This document shows positions 28,753 through 40,538 of a stretch of DNA of 64,000 nucleotides, piece after piece. This stretch comes from Endomicrobiales bacterium (GTDB lineage Bacteria; Elusimicrobiota; Endomicrobiia; Endomicrobiales; JALOBY01). The position numbers and the translations under genes were made by a program. How positions within the stretch are numbered: the stretch's first letter is position 1; each line of letters starts with the position of its first letter. Location: the NCBI GenBank assembly GCA_963796955.1, contig CAWCNJ010000004.1, positions 224,001 to 288,000 on the forward strand, written 5' to 3'. The notes beneath the pieces are model-generated. The model made no database searches. It was given only the letters and a program-made list of their open reading frames with translations, and had not been told where the DNA came from.

Positions 28753-30540
28753 TTGAAGAGAACTAACTATTGTGGAAGCTTGAGAACTGCCGATATCGGG
28801 AAAAAAGTCGTTGTTTGCGGGTGGGTACACTCTCGTAGAGACCACGGCGGTGTTATATTCATAGACCTTCGCGACCGCGAGGGTGTGGTACAGGTAGTTT
28901 TCAGCCCCGAGCAAAAAGAAATATTCGCCCAGGCCGAAAAGATCCGCAGTGAGTATGTGCTTGCGGTAACCGGTCTGGTGCGGGTACGCCCCGAAGGAAC
29001 AAAGAATCCTCACTTGCCTACCGGTGATATAGAGATAGCCACCGAATCGCTCGAAATAGTAAATGCCTCCGCTCCGCTTCCTTTCGAGATATCGGATTAC
29101 AAAGAGACCAACGAAGATCTTCGCCTGCAGTACCGTTATCTGGATATGCGCCGGCCGGCTATGGCGCATAACTTTATTTTTCGCCATAAAATGCTGCAGG
29201 CCGTGCGAACCTTCCTTTCCAACAGCGGATTCCTTGAAATAGAAACGCCGACGCTTATCAAGACCACTCCGGAAGGCGCGCGCGAATTCCTGGTGCCGTC
29301 GCGCCTGAACCAGGGCCACTTTTTCGCCCTGCCTCAATCGCCGCAGATCTATAAGCAGATCTTGATGGTTGCCGGCATGGACAAATATTTCCAGCTGGCC
29401 CGCTGCTACCGCGACGAAGACCTGCGCGCAGACCGCCAGCCGGAATTCACACAGGTTGATATGGAGTTGTCTTTTGTAGACGAAAATGACGTGATGGGTG
29501 TTATCGAAGGTCTTCTCGCGGCTATATTCAAGGACGCTATGGACATAACGCTTCAAACGCCGTTCCTCCGCATGCCTTACGCCGAGGCTATGCTGCGTTT
29601 CGGCTCGGATAAGCCGGACGTTCGTTTCGCTATGGAGATAACCGACCTTACCGAGGAACTGAAGAATTGCGGTTTCAAGGTGTTCGGCGATGCTGCTAAA
29701 AAAGGCGGCGCTATCCGCGGTCTGTGCGTGAAGGGCGGCGAGCAGTTCTCGCGTTCCAAGATAGATGAAATGACTAAATTCGTTGCCAACTACGGTGCCC
29801 GTGGCCTTGCCTGGATGAAGATAACAGCCCAGGGGCCGGAATCGAACATAGTTAAATTCTTCTCGGCGGAAGAGCTGTCCGCCATGCAAAAGAAAATGGA
29901 CGCCGTTGCCGGTGATATCCTGCTTTTCCTTGCCGATGATGTTTCCGTTGTTGCGCAGGGCCTTGGCGCACTTCGGTTGAACCTGGCTAAAGAACTTAAC
30001 CTGATACCGAAGGATGTCTATAATTTCCTCTGGGTCGTGGATTTCCCGATGTTCGAGTGGGATACGGAAGAAAAACGCTGGAACGCCATGCATCACCCCT
30101 TCACGGCGCCCAAGGTGGAAGACCAAGCCATGCTCGGCGATGACAAAACGATGGGCAATATCCGCGCTCGCGCCTATGATGTGGTGCTGAACGGCGTTGA
30201 ACTGGGCGGCGGCTCTATCCGCATACACACCCAGGCAGTGCAGGAAAAAATATTCCAGGCGCTTAATATTTCAGACGAGGAAGCATGTGAGAAGTTCGGC
30301 TATCTGCTTGAAGCCCTCACCTTTGGCGCACCGCCCCACGGCGGCATTGCCCTCGGTTTTGACCGCCTTTGCGCTCTGCTGCTTGGCGAAGAATCTATCC
30401 GTGAAGTGATAGCCTTCCCCAAGACACAAAAAGGTACGTGCCCGTTATCGCGCGCGCCGGGCCAGGCCAGCGAAAAACAGCTGAGGGAGCTGGGCATAAA
30501 GATGCGCACTCCTGAGAAACCGGTCATCGGGCAGGCATAA
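28753..30540 (+). CDS. aspS: Aspartate--tRNA ligase
   Basis: RRDHGGVIFIDLRD, LPQSPQ, YRDEDLRADRQPEFTQ, GGGSIRIH, PPHGGIALGFDR. Confidence 0.97.
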   Translation: MKRTNYCGSLRTADIGKKVVVCGWVHSRRDHGGVIFIDLRDREGVVQVVFSPEQKEIFAQAEKIRSEYVLAVTGLVRVRPEGTKNPHLPTGDIEIATESLEIVNASAPLPFEISDYKETNEDLRLQYRYLDMRRPAMAHNFIFRHKMLQAVRTFLSNSGFLEIETPTLIKTTPEGAREFLVPSRLNQGHFFALPQSPQIYKQILMVAGMDKYFQLARCYRDEDLRADRQPEFTQVDMELSFVDENDVMGVIEGLLAAIFKDAMDITLQTPFLRMPYAEAMLRFGSDKPDVRFAMEITDLTEELKNCGFKVFGDAAKKGGAIRGLCVKGGEQFSRSKIDEMTKFVANYGARGLAWMKITAQGPESNIVKFFSAEELSAMQKKMDAVAGDILLFLADDVSVVAQGLGALRLNLAKELNLIPKDVYNFLWVVDFPMFEWDTEEKRWNAMHHPFTAPKVEDQAMLGDDKTMGNIRARAYDVVLNGVELGGGSIRIHTQAVQEKIFQALNISDEEACEKFGYLLEALTFGAPPHGGIALGFDRLCALLLGEESIREVIAFPKTQKGTCPLSRAPGQASEKQLRELGIKMRTPEKPVIGQA

Positions 30541-30560
30541 GAGGTTTGTAAAAAAGAACT

Positions 30561-31579
30561 ATGGTAACAAAACGCATCTACCTTAAAAGTTCCGATGAAA
30601 GTGCTTCGCATCCTGGGTGAGCAGGACGCGAATATGCGCTTATTGGAAAACAAATATGGTGTGCAGATATTCGTTAAACAGGGCGGCGCGCAGGGTGATT
30701 TCTCTCTGGTCGTGCGCGGGGCCGGCATTAAGGTGGATCGCGCCGTAGGGGAGATAGAAGGCTTGCGCTCTGCACCGACGGCTCGGGTCGAGCAGGTAAA
30801 GCCTGTGCCGGCCGCCGTGCAAGCAGGGCGTTCCCTGGAACCCGCGTTCTTTGCTGTTCCCTCCAACGGCCCAATGAGCCCGGATACGATCTATGTTACC
30901 GTCCAGGGAAAGCGCATCGTGCCCAGGTCAGCTCATCAAAAGAATTATGTAGAAAGCATACTTAAACACGATATGGTGATGGCTATCGGCCCGGCCGGAA
31001 CGGGAAAAACCTTTCTCGCCGTCGCCTGCGCTCTTCGCGCCCTGCAAAACGGTAAAGGTTAACCGCATCGTTCTGACCCGTCCCGTCGTCGAAGCGGGTG
31101 AACGTCTGGGTTTTTTACCGGGCGATCTCTATGAAAAGATCAATCCGTACCTGAAACCGCTTTATGACGCCTTTTACAGCATGATAGGCCCTGAACGCTT
31201 TCGTTTTTTCCGTGAGGAAGAAACGATAGAGATCGTGCCGCTTGCGTATATGCGCGGACGTACCATTGATAACGCCTTTATTATCCTTGATGAGGCGCAA
31301 AACACTACGCCTGAACAGATAAAAATGTTCCTGACCCGCATGGGCTCTAACAGTAAAATGATAATTACCGGCGACCCGACGCAGACGGACTTGCTGGATA
31401 GAAAGCAATCGGGCCTGGTGGTCGCTGAAAAGATCCTGAACGAGATAGAGGGTATAGATTTTGTGCGTTTCGGTGAAGAGGATGTCGTCCGGCACGCGCT
31501 GGTTAGAAAGATCATTAACGCCTATGACGCCGCCGATAAAAAGTCGGCCAATGGAAAGACGCCCGGAGCTTCAAGATGA
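30561..31579 (+). CDS. phoH: PhoH-family ATPase, two +1 indels (near 30599 and 31056)
   Basis: [13 protein letters not shown] / VLRILGEQD...GPAGTGKT / [22 protein letters not shown]...YMRGRT...DEAQN...VVRH. Confidence 0.85.
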
Positions 31580-33051
31580 TAGCCGCCTTGCGCAGTTTTG
31601 TTCGCAGCATACTTCACTTTCTTCTCAGGTTGACTGAAGAGCATCATGTATCCGCCCAGACTGCCCGCGGAGCCGCAAATATTTTAAAACATGAGATAAA
31701 CCTGCCGCCGATCCTCACGGCAATGGCTAGTGTCGGGGTTTTTTTCATGGTGTTGTTGTTCGAGGTCGGCCTTTCCTGGACGAAGATCGTGGCCCTTATC
31801 CTTTTCCTGTCCATAATATATTTTTCACTGCTCGCCTACCTTAAATTCCAGCAGCCGGAGATCATCGAAGACAGTGAATCGGTCATGCTATTGGGTTTTC
31901 TTTTCACCAGCGCGGTGCTCTTTATGCAGTTGCTAAAAGACTGGCACGCGCCGTTAGCGACGCCGATAGCCGCATTCCCCATGCTCGTGGGGCTGTTGCT
32001 TTCCAAAAGGCTTGCCTTTATCACAGCCCTTGTGCTGGCTCTTTTTGTGGGAGTACTGAACGATTTCTCTCTGGAATATTTCATGGTGCATTTCTTCGGT
32101 TCCATTGTGGGAATATTCGCGCTCGCGAAGATACGCAACCGCTCCGACATCGCTTCCGCCGGCTTGAAGGTGGCGGCGCTTAACGTGGTCGTTGTCATGA
32201 TAATACATCTTTTCCGCATATGGCCGCTGCACACCCTGGAAGCGCATATCGGCTGGGCCGCGTTCAGCGGCTTTTCATCCGGCCTGATAGTGCTGGGCGC
32301 GCTGCCGTATCTGGAAAGCTTCTTTTCCCGCACCACAAATATAAAATTGCTTGAACTGGCCGATTTTAACCACCCCCTGCTTAAGCGACTTATGATAGAA
32401 ACGCCGGGAACGTATCATCATTCGCTGATCATGGCTTCCCTCGCCGAACAGGCGGCCGCGGCTATTGGCGCCAACCCGCTGCTGGCCCGCGTCGGCGCTT
32501 ATTATCACGACGTCGGCAAACTGGTTAAACCCGATTATTTTATTGAGAACCAGCAGGCTCTGGGCAACCCGCACGATCCTCTCTCGCCGAACATGTCCAG
32601 CCTTGTGGTTATGTCGCATGTCAAAGAGGGTGTGGCCCTTGCCCGTAAGTATAACGTGGATAAGGTGATCACCGATCTTATAGAACAGCATCACGGTACG
32701 TCCCTGATCCATTATTTTTATCACCGGGCGCTGGAGAAAAATTCCGATACCAGCGAGGCGAGTTTCCGTTATCCCGGCCCGCGCCCGCGGAGCAGGGAAG
32801 CTGCCATTTTGATGCTCGCTGATTCAGTGGAGGCGGCCAGCCGTTCTATAGAAGAGCCGACCCCCGAACGATACATGGATATGGTAAAGAAGATCATAAA
32901 TAATAAATTTACCGACGGGCAATTTGCAGAATGCCCCATAACGCTTAATGATCTTAACCGGCTGGCGGAAAGTCTGGTCAATACGCTCAGCGGCGTTCAT
33001 CACGCGCGGGTGGAATATAAAGAAAGTCCTGCACGCGAGGAGAGATCCTGA
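31576..33051 (+). CDS. Membrane HD-domain (7TM-HDIG, PgpH-like) phosphohydrolase
   Basis: TM block followed by [33 protein letters not shown]. Confidence 0.88.
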   Translation: MIAALRSFVRSILHFLLRLTEEHHVSAQTARGAANILKHEINLPPILTAMASVGVFFMVLLFEVGLSWTKIVALILFLSIIYFSLLAYLKFQQPEIIEDSESVMLLGFLFTSAVLFMQLLKDWHAPLATPIAAFPMLVGLLLSKRLAFITALVLALFVGVLNDFSLEYFMVHFFGSIVGIFALAKIRNRSDIASAGLKVAALNVVVVMIIHLFRIWPLHTLEAHIGWAAFSGFSSGLIVLGALPYLESFFSRTTNIKLLELADFNHPLLKRLMIETPGTYHHSLIMASLAEQAAAAIGANPLLARVGAYYHDVGKLVKPDYFIENQQALGNPHDPLSPNMSSLVVMSHVKEGVALARKYNVDKVITDLIEQHHGTSLIHYFYHRALEKNSDTSEASFRYPGPRPRSREAAILMLADSVEAASRSIEEPTPERYMDMVKKIINNKFTDGQFAECPITLNDLNRLAESLVNTLSGVHHARVEYKESPAREERS

Positions 33052-33461
33052 TGGTCGTTGAATTCCACCATTTTCCGCCCATAGTGCTTCCGGCCATGAC
33101 TCAGGCCGCGCAGGCAGCTCTCAAGCGGGAACGGGTAAAAAGTGTCGGCGATATAAATGTTATTATGGTCAACGACCCTGAGATAAAGAAATTGAATATC
33201 CGCTTTCGAAAAGTGCGGCGTATAACCGATATTATCTCCTTCAAATATGCCGATAAACCGTTGTCCGGCGATCTGTATATTTCCGCCGGCCGTTCACAAA
33301 AGCAGGCAAAGCGTGTCGGCAACACCTGGCAGCAGGAATTGTGCTATCTGGTGATCCATGGTGTGCTTCATCTGCGTGAATACACCGATTATACGCCGGC
33401 TGAAAAAGCTAAAATGTTCACGGTGCAGGATTCTATTTTCGCGTCATTGGAAATACGTTGA
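33051..33461 (+). CDS. ybeY: rRNA maturation endoribonuclease YbeY
   Basis: LNIRFR, TDIISF, GDLYIS, HGVLHL. Confidence 0.88.
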   Translation: MVVEFHHFPPIVLPAMTQAAQAALKRERVKSVGDINVIMVNDPEIKKLNIRFRKVRRITDIISFKYADKPLSGDLYISAGRSQKQAKRVGNTWQQELCYLVIHGVLHLREYTDYTPAEKAKMFTVQDSIFASLEIR

Positions 33462-34495
33462 TAACGATCGCCGTCTTCGTGCTTATATTTTTGTATTTCC
33501 TGTCTGCCTTCTGGGCATCATCAGAGACGGCATTGGCCTCGTTGTCCAAGTATCGCATCAAAAAAATAATCGCGCTTAACAAGGCGCTGGCTGACCCTCT
33601 CGGCGTCTGGCTGCGTTCCCCGTATTACCTGCTTATCACTATATTGGTCGGTAACACCATAACGGATCTTTTGATCTCCAATATTTCCAGCGTAGTCGTC
33701 TTGCGCGGCTTTGGTTTTCTTTTCCATCTCATACCGCGCGGGGCGGTGGAAATAATCACCTGGCTGGGGGTTACAGCCCTGATCATTGTATTCGGAGAAC
33801 TAACGCCAAAGATTTACGGCCGCCGCTATCCTGAGAGAGTAACGCTGTTCGTGCTGCCTATCCTGTCCCGGATCATCGCTATCGTGCAGCCATTCGCGCG
33901 GCCGGTGGTCGCGCTGCTTAAATTCATTTTTCCCCGGCTTGATGTGCGGCCTTTCAGCAGGTTAAGCTATTTATCATTGGAAGAGGTGCGCACCCTGATA
34001 GGGGAAGCCAACACCTCCGGCGAGCTGGGTGCGGAAACCAGCAGCATGCTTGAGCGCACCCTTAACCTGAGCGACCGCGAAGTTTCAAAGATAATGATAC
34101 CTCTTGAAAAAATGGATTCCGTGGATGCCGACCTGCCCGAGGAAAAACTTTTGGACCTGATTACGGAAATTGGCCGCAGCCGCGTGCCGCTGTACCGCGG
34201 CGATCGCCGGAACATTATCGGTTTTATTTACGCCAAAGACCTGCTGGGCGCCTGGCAGGAGCACAAGGGTATAAACGTAAATGAGTTCATCCGCCCGGTA
34301 TACAGTATCACTGCGGGTAAAAAGGTCTTTGATCTATTGAAAGAATTCCAGACCGGGAAGACGCATATAGCCTTTGTCGCGGATACGTCCGGGAAGGTGA
34401 CGGGCATTGTAACTCTGGAAGACGTCCTTGAGGCGATCCTGGGTGAGATCCTGGATGAATACGACCTTAAAAAACCTCAGGCGGCGAAAGCATGA
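33458..34495 (+). CDS. CNNM/CBS (hemolysin-family) protein
   Basis: SETALASL, FGELTPK, SRVPLY, GIVTLEDVLE. Confidence 0.88.
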   Translation: MITIAVFVLIFLYFLSAFWASSETALASLSKYRIKKIIALNKALADPLGVWLRSPYYLLITILVGNTITDLLISNISSVVVLRGFGFLFHLIPRGAVEIITWLGVTALIIVFGELTPKIYGRRYPERVTLFVLPILSRIIAIVQPFARPVVALLKFIFPRLDVRPFSRLSYLSLEEVRTLIGEANTSGELGAETSSMLERTLNLSDREVSKIMIPLEKMDSVDADLPEEKLLDLITEIGRSRVPLYRGDRRNIIGFIYAKDLLGAWQEHKGINVNEFIRPVYSITAGKKVFDLLKEFQTGKTHIAFVADTSGKVTGIVTLEDVLEAILGEILDEYDLKKPQAAKA

Positions 34496-35757
34496 CACCT
34501 TTGATACATTTTAAATTAACTGCCTTTTGGTGCAGCATAGCGGCGATAGCCTTCTTTTCCGCCGCCGAGATATCCCTGACCAGCCTCAGCACGGTCAATC
34601 TGCGTAATCTTAAAAAACGTTATCCGCATTTTGCGGGGCTGGTGACTTTCTGGGAAGAGCACCCCAACGACCTGTTGGCCGCCATTCTTATCGGCACCAA
34701 TCTCGCGATGGTCGCCATAGGTGTTGTCGGCACTTCTATCGCGCTGGATATTTCTCAGCTACTGGGTGTTTCGCACGGTAAAGTGCTGGTTATTACATCT
34801 GCCTTAGCCATCATGATAACACTGATCGTCGGCGAAATGGTGCCAAAGGTGCTCAGTCGTTACTTTGCAGAATTTATTTCCATCGTGACCCTGCCGGCGC
34901 TGACGGTCTTCAGCCGCATAGTCGCGCCGTTCTCAAAGATGCTGATAAGTGCTTCAGAGCGTATTATTCACTTTCTCGGCGGCAGCAAGGTGGCAAAAGA
35001 AACCCCGTTCATCCAACAGGACGAACTGAAGGTTTTGCTGACCATGGACGATACCATACCGCTCTCCGGCACCGCCCGTCATATCCTCGGCAAAATGCTG
35101 GATTTCGGCACGACCAGGATCAGCCGCGTCATGGTGCCAAGGTCCGAGATACAGGCGGTGAACATTGAACAACCCCCGGAACTGGTGATAGCGCAAATAA
35201 TCGAAAAGGGCTATTCCCGCGTTCCTGTGTACAAAGGCAACCTGGACAATATCGTCGGCATTATTTTCAGCCGCGACCTTGCCCTGGCCCTGCGCGGCGG
35301 CTCACTGTTCTTAATAGACGATCTTATCCGCCCGGCGTATTTTGTACCCGAGACCGCGATGATAGACCACATCTTACGTGATTTCAAGGCCGGCCACTAC
35401 CACATGGCCCTGATCGTGGATGAATTCGGCGCGACGATCGGCCTTGCCACTATTGAAGACCTGGTTGAAGAAATAGTCGGCGAAATATGGGATGAATACG
35501 ACATCCAGGCTAAAACCATATTTCCTCTGCCGGACGGTTCATGGATGGTAAAAGCCACCGAGTCCCTGGTTAAAGTAGATCAAGAACTGAAACTTAACCT
35601 GCCGCCCAACGATTTTAACACCGTCAATGGCTGGGTACTGGATCTTTTCGGCCGCATCCCGAAAATAGGCGAGAAGACCTCCTGTAACTCAACAGAAGTA
35701 GAAGTAGTCGAAGCCGATAAACGCAAAGTCATCAGGGTAAAAATCAAGAAAACCTGA
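34492..35757 (+). CDS. CNNM/CBS/CorC (hemolysin-family) protein
   Basis: FFSAAEISL, GEMVPK, YSRVPVY, VDEFG, TIEDLVEEIVGEI, CorC tail. Confidence 0.9.
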   Translation: MTPLIHFKLTAFWCSIAAIAFFSAAEISLTSLSTVNLRNLKKRYPHFAGLVTFWEEHPNDLLAAILIGTNLAMVAIGVVGTSIALDISQLLGVSHGKVLVITSALAIMITLIVGEMVPKVLSRYFAEFISIVTLPALTVFSRIVAPFSKMLISASERIIHFLGGSKVAKETPFIQQDELKVLLTMDDTIPLSGTARHILGKMLDFGTTRISRVMVPRSEIQAVNIEQPPELVIAQIIEKGYSRVPVYKGNLDNIVGIIFSRDLALALRGGSLFLIDDLIRPAYFVPETAMIDHILRDFKAGHYHMALIVDEFGATIGLATIEDLVEEIVGEIWDEYDIQAKTIFPLPDGSWMVKATESLVKVDQELKLNLPPNDFNTVNGWVLDLFGRIPKIGEKTSCNSTEVEVVEADKRKVIRVKIKKT

Positions 35758-35800
35758 AGTGCCATTTTGGCACATCAAGTGTGATACAAAAGAGTTATTT

Positions 35801-36487
35801 ATGTACTACAATATTAACGCTCTTGTTTTGAACGCAAAAGTTGCCGCGGAGGCGGATAAGGCGCTTTTGCTTTATACGCGGGAGTGGGGAAAAATATCAG
35901 TTGTTGCGCCGGGCGCCAAGAAAATAATTGCTAAGATGGGCGGGGCGACGGAGCCGGTAATGGAATCTCAGTTCATGGTTTATACAAAAAGCACTGCGGC
36001 GCGGCCCAAGCTTACCGGCGCCCGGATAGTTAACGGTTTTCTGGAGTTGCGCGGGAGCTGGAAGCGCATGGCCGCAGCTATGTGCTGCGCCGAGGTCGTG
36101 GACGTTTTGTCGCCGTATAACGCCGATAACGAACAGAAATATGACCTGCTGGCCCGCACCTGGCAGCTTTTAGGAACGGCAGAAAACCCGGCCCGCATAT
36201 TCGCGGCTTTTGCTCTTCGTTTCCTGAAGCTTTCGGGATATAGTTTTGTCGAATTCATCAAACAGGAAAATGTAGGCTTAAGCGTTAAAGAGTCGGGAGC
36301 TATATACCACTGCGCTACGCAACGCGGTGAAGATATTGATTCCTGTGAGGAATTCGACAGCCATATTGAACGCCGTATGCTGATGCATATATCGAACTAT
36401 ATCTGCACGCACAGCAACAGGCAGTTAAATTCCAAATCTTTTCTGCGTGCGATGTTGGACGATACGGAACCGGCGTATAGTTTATAG
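35801..36487 (+). CDS. recO: DNA repair protein RecO
   Basis: EADKALLLYTREWGKI N-terminal OB pattern; position before glyQ. Confidence 0.8.
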   Translation: MYYNINALVLNAKVAAEADKALLLYTREWGKISVVAPGAKKIIAKMGGATEPVMESQFMVYTKSTAARPKLTGARIVNGFLELRGSWKRMAAAMCCAEVVDVLSPYNADNEQKYDLLARTWQLLGTAENPARIFAAFALRFLKLSGYSFVEFIKQENVGLSVKESGAIYHCATQRGEDIDSCEEFDSHIERRMLMHISNYICTHSNRQLNSKSFLRAMLDDTEPAYSL

Positions 36488-36502
36488 TGCCGCTATAGTT
36501 AC

Positions 36503-36521
36503 AATCCCGCTTAGCGGGATT
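36503..36521. repeat. Short perfect inverted repeat between recO and glyQ
   Basis: AATCCCGC-TTA-GCGGGATT. Confidence 0.55.
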
Positions 36522-36559
36522 TCACGGTGAGACAATAACAAAGACAAGGGGTGTTCAAC

Positions 36560-37417
36560 ATGAATTTTCAAGACATTATCATGACTCTGGAGAAATTCTG
36601 GGCAAGGCAGGGGTGCCTTATCTGGCAGCCGTATGACCTGGAAAAAGGCGCAGGCACTTTTAACCCGGCCACATTTCTGCGGGCGCTTGGGCCGGATCCA
36701 TGGTCTGCAGCTTATGTTGAACCTTCCCGTCGGCCGACGGATGGGCGCTATGGGGAGAATCCGAACAGGTTGCAGCATTATTACCAGTATCAGGTAATTA
36801 TGAAACCGGCCCCTTCCGATATACAGGCGTTATATCTGCAAAGCCTTAAGGCTATCGGCCTTGATCCGAAACGTCACGACATCCGTTTTGTAGAAGACGA
36901 TTGGGAATCGCCGACGCTGGGAGCCTGGGGCCTTGGCTGGGAAGTATGGCTGGACGGCATGGAAGTGTCGCAGTTCACGTATTTTCAGCAGGTGGGCGGT
37001 ATAGACCTGAACCCGATATCTGTCGAGATCACGTACGGTCTTGAACGTCTTACGATGTATTCGCAAAAGAAAGACAATGTGTATGACATCGCCTGGAACC
37101 CTGAAACTTCCTATGGTAAAGTTCACCTTGAAGATGAAAAACAGTGGTCAAAATATAATTTTGAGATCGCGGACGTTGAAATGCTGAAACGTCATTTTGC
37201 CGACTGGGAAAGAGAGGCGAACCGCTTGCTTGAGGCAAAACTTGTTTTGCCGGCTTACGACGCGGTAATGAAGTGCTCCCACCTGTTCAATATGCTTGAT
37301 GCGCGCGGTGCCATCTCTGTGACCGAGCGTACGCATTACATCGCGAAGGTACGCGGCGTGGCAAGAAAAGTAGCTGAACAATATGTGTCTACCATTGCTT
37401 CCCCAGAGGTGAAATAA
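36560..37417 (+). CDS. glyQ: Glycine--tRNA ligase alpha subunit
   Basis: [40 protein letters not shown]. Confidence 0.97.
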   Translation: MNFQDIIMTLEKFWARQGCLIWQPYDLEKGAGTFNPATFLRALGPDPWSAAYVEPSRRPTDGRYGENPNRLQHYYQYQVIMKPAPSDIQALYLQSLKAIGLDPKRHDIRFVEDDWESPTLGAWGLGWEVWLDGMEVSQFTYFQQVGGIDLNPISVEITYGLERLTMYSQKKDNVYDIAWNPETSYGKVHLEDEKQWSKYNFEIADVEMLKRHFADWEREANRLLEAKLVLPAYDAVMKCSHLFNMLDARGAISVTERTHYIAKVRGVARKVAEQYVSTIASPEVK

Positions 37418-37418
37418 T

Positions 37419-39512
37419 ATGGCAAAACACGCGTTGCTGGAAATAGGAACGGAAGAATTACCCGCCGCATATATTGAGCCTGCGCTTAAACAGTTAAGCG
37501 AGCTGACACAGAAAAACCTGGCTTCCATCGGTCTTAAGTACGAAGGCATAAAGACCTACGCGACTCCCCGCCGCATAGCTTTGCTGATAGAAGGTCTTAC
37601 GGAAAAGAGTGAAGACCGCAGGGAAGAATGCAACGGTCCCGCGGTGCGCGTCGGTAAAGACGCCCAGGGCAATTTTACCCAGGCGGCCATCGGTTTTGCT
37701 TCGCGTTTCGGCATTGAACCGAAGGCTCTTGAAGTTAAAGTTACCGACAAGGGTGAATATTTTTGCTACACGAAAAAGATCCCCGGGGAAAAAGCTGAAA
37801 AAGTCCTGATAACGCTTTTCCCTCAACTGATAACACAGCTTTATTTCCCCAAGACCATGAAGTGGGAACCGTCTGATTTTCGCTTCCCGCGGCCTATACG
37901 CACTATCATTGCCATGTTCGGCGAAAAGGTGCTTAAGTTCACATTGGCCGGTGTTAAATCCGCCAATTGGACAACGGGTCTGCATACTATCTCATCGAAA
38001 AAGATAGTCATAAAGTCGCCCGAAAAATATGTAACCACGCTGCGCAATAATTGCATTATCGCCGATGCCGCGGAACGCCGCGAGATCATCAAAAAGATAG
38101 TCGAACAGGCGGCTAAACGCGCTAAAGGTACGGTCATACCCGATGAGGATTTAATTGACGAAGTGAACTATCTTGTTGAACATCCCGTAGCCGTTCTTGC
38201 GGAATTTGACGAGAAATTCCTCAAGCTGCCGCCGGAAGTGCTTATTACCTGTTTGAGGAAAAAGCAGAAGTGTTTCGCTATCAACGACGAAAAAGGCACG
38301 CTGACTAATCATTTTATCGGCATACGTAACGGTATGTCGGAACATCAGGATGTGGTGCGCGAAGGTTATGAACGTGTTAACACGGCACGCCTTGCCGACT
38401 CCGAGTTCTTCTACCTTAACGACCGTAAAACACCTCTGAGCGACAAAGCTGAGAAGCTTAAAGGCGTGGTTTTTCAGCAGAAACTTGGCTCTATCCATGA
38501 TAAGATCACTCGTATCCGCACGATCGCTGAGCAGGTGAATAGCACGCTCAAGGGAACTGAAGATGCCGCTGAGACCGCACATCTGGGTAAGACGATAACA
38601 ATATCCAAGGCCGATCTTGTAACTGAAATGGTTTTTGAATACGCGGAATTACAGGGCGTGATGGGCCGCATTTACGCCAAAGCCGGCGGGGAACCCGCCG
38701 AAGTCTATAAAAGCGTTGAAGAGCATTACTGGCCGCTTACAGCGGACGGGAAGCTTCCTACAACCGCTACCGCTATAGTGATCTCTATAGCCGACAAAAT
38801 GGACACGTTGGCTGGCGATTTCGCGGCCGGCCTTTTGCCAAGCGGCTCCGCCGACCCATACGGGCTGCGCCGCGCCGCGGTAGGCGTAATAAGGATAATA
38901 AGGGAGTGCAAACTACCCCTTGCGCTGTCAAAGCTCGTGGAAACAGCCTTCGCCGTTCAGCCTGAGAACGTAAAGAGCAACACCGCCGCCCCTGGTCAAC
39001 TAAATGACTTTTTCCGTCAACGTCTTGAGAACATTTATCAGACGGAAGGCTACCGTTTCGACGAGGTTCGCGCCGTGCTTGCCAACGGCTTTGAGAGCCT
39101 TGCCGATGTTACCGCTAAACTGGAAGCCCTGAAAGCGATGCGTTCATTAGAAGACTTCACGAAGCTCGCCGCCGCATTCAAGCGGGCCTCGAATATAATC
39201 AAACAGTCAGAAAAATCTAAATGCGTTATTCCGGCAATTGTTGACGAACAACTTTTTGCTGAAGAAGCGGAGAAGAACTTATTTACAGATGTGAAAAAGA
39301 TAGAAGACGAGGTCAAAACAATGCTCGGCAAAGCCGCTTACGCCGATGCATTACGAAAAATGGTGCAAATAAAACCATCCGTAGACGGTTTTTTCGAGAA
39401 AGTAATGGTAATGGCAGAAGACGAAAAAATTAAAGCCAACCGTCTGGCATTGATAAGCTATCTGATAGGCGTTTTTAAGTCGATGTTAGACTTTTCTCAA
39501 CTACAGGGATAA
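37419..39512 (+). CDS. glyS: Glycine--tRNA ligase beta subunit
   Basis: LLEIGTEELP, TPRR, ARLADSEFF, ELQGVMG, GSADPYGLRR. Confidence 0.96.
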   Translation: MAKHALLEIGTEELPAAYIEPALKQLSELTQKNLASIGLKYEGIKTYATPRRIALLIEGLTEKSEDRREECNGPAVRVGKDAQGNFTQAAIGFASRFGIEPKALEVKVTDKGEYFCYTKKIPGEKAEKVLITLFPQLITQLYFPKTMKWEPSDFRFPRPIRTIIAMFGEKVLKFTLAGVKSANWTTGLHTISSKKIVIKSPEKYVTTLRNNCIIADAAERREIIKKIVEQAAKRAKGTVIPDEDLIDEVNYLVEHPVAVLAEFDEKFLKLPPEVLITCLRKKQKCFAINDEKGTLTNHFIGIRNGMSEHQDVVREGYERVNTARLADSEFFYLNDRKTPLSDKAEKLKGVVFQQKLGSIHDKITRIRTIAEQVNSTLKGTEDAAETAHLGKTITISKADLVTEMVFEYAELQGVMGRIYAKAGGEPAEVYKSVEEHYWPLTADGKLPTTATAIVISIADKMDTLAGDFAAGLLPSGSADPYGLRRAAVGVIRIIRECKLPLALSKLVETAFAVQPENVKSNTAAPGQLNDFFRQRLENIYQTEGYRFDEVRAVLANGFESLADVTAKLEALKAMRSLEDFTKLAAAFKRASNIIKQSEKSKCVIPAIVDEQLFAEEAEKNLFTDVKKIEDEVKTMLGKAAYADALRKMVQIKPSVDGFFEKVMVMAEDEKIKANRLALISYLIGVFKSMLDFSQLQG

Positions 39513-39532
39513 ACAAAATAAAGGAGTTTGTA

Positions 39533-40522
39533 ATGAAATTCAGTGGCGATGAAGGCAAAAGAATTGATAAGTGGGTTGGTTTCAGACCGGAGATAAAAAT
39601 ACTTGATTGTACTGTACGCGATGGCGGCCTGATAAACGATTGCAAGTGGGACAATGCTTTTGTTAAGGCTATATATGCCACCTGCCTTGCCTCGGGCGTT
39701 AATTATATGGAGATGGGCTACAAGGGCTCAAAAAAGATCCTTTCCCCGACCGCATATGGCAAATGGAAATTCTGCGAAGAAGATGATCTTCGCCGCATAA
39801 TCGGTGAGAAAACCACCGACCTGAAAATATCTGTTATGGCCGATGTGGGGCGTACCGATTACCATACCGATATAATCCCGAAAAAAGACAGCGTGATAGA
39901 TACTATCCGCGTTGCCGCCTACATTCACCAGATACCGGCTGCCATAGACATGATAAATGACGCCCACCAGAAGGGATATGAAACAATAATGCAGTTGATG
40001 TCTGTTTCAGTTGTGCAGGAGCATGAGCTGGACGCCTTTTTGATGGAAATTGCCAAGACCCCGGTCAGCGCCGTATACCTCGTCGACAGCTTCGGTTCCC
40101 TGTATACAGAACAAGTGCGCTACCTTATAACAAAATACCTTAGCGCCCTTAAGGAATCAGGCAAAGAAGTCGGCATACACGCTCACAATAATCAGCAGCT
40201 GGCTTACGCTAACACTATTGAGGCGGTAGTTGCAGGAGCCAACCGCCTGGACGCCACGATATCGGGCCTTGGCCGTGGCGCTGGCAATTGCCCGTTGGAA
40301 CTTATAATCGGTTTCCTTCATAACCCGCGCTTTAACCTTCGTCCGGTACTTGAATGCATAGAAGAAATCATGCTGCCTATGAAAGATAAGCTCGATTGGG
40401 GTTTCTCCATTCCCTACATGATAACGGGCCTGCTGAATATGCACCCCCGTACCGCCATGGACCTTCGGGCCGGGCCTGACAAAGACAAATATGTCAAATT
40501 CTACGACAGGACTATCGAATAA
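39533..40522 (+). CDS. DRE-TIM (HMGL-like) aldolase catalytic-domain protein
   Basis: LDCTVRDGG, VDSFG, GIHAHNN, GLGRGAGN. Confidence 0.85.
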   Translation: MKFSGDEGKRIDKWVGFRPEIKILDCTVRDGGLINDCKWDNAFVKAIYATCLASGVNYMEMGYKGSKKILSPTAYGKWKFCEEDDLRRIIGEKTTDLKISVMADVGRTDYHTDIIPKKDSVIDTIRVAAYIHQIPAAIDMINDAHQKGYETIMQLMSVSVVQEHELDAFLMEIAKTPVSAVYLVDSFGSLYTEQVRYLITKYLSALKESGKEVGIHAHNNQQLAYANTIEAVVAGANRLDATISGLGRGAGNCPLELIIGFLHNPRFNLRPVLECIEEIMLPMKDKLDWGFSIPYMITGLLNMHPRTAMDLRAGPDKDKYVKFYDRTIE

Positions 40523-40538
40523 CAGGAAATATTTTCCA

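Noticed and set aside
28684..30228. 514-aa antisense ORF
   Set aside because: Lies wholly opposite aspS; a shadow ORF with no motifs.
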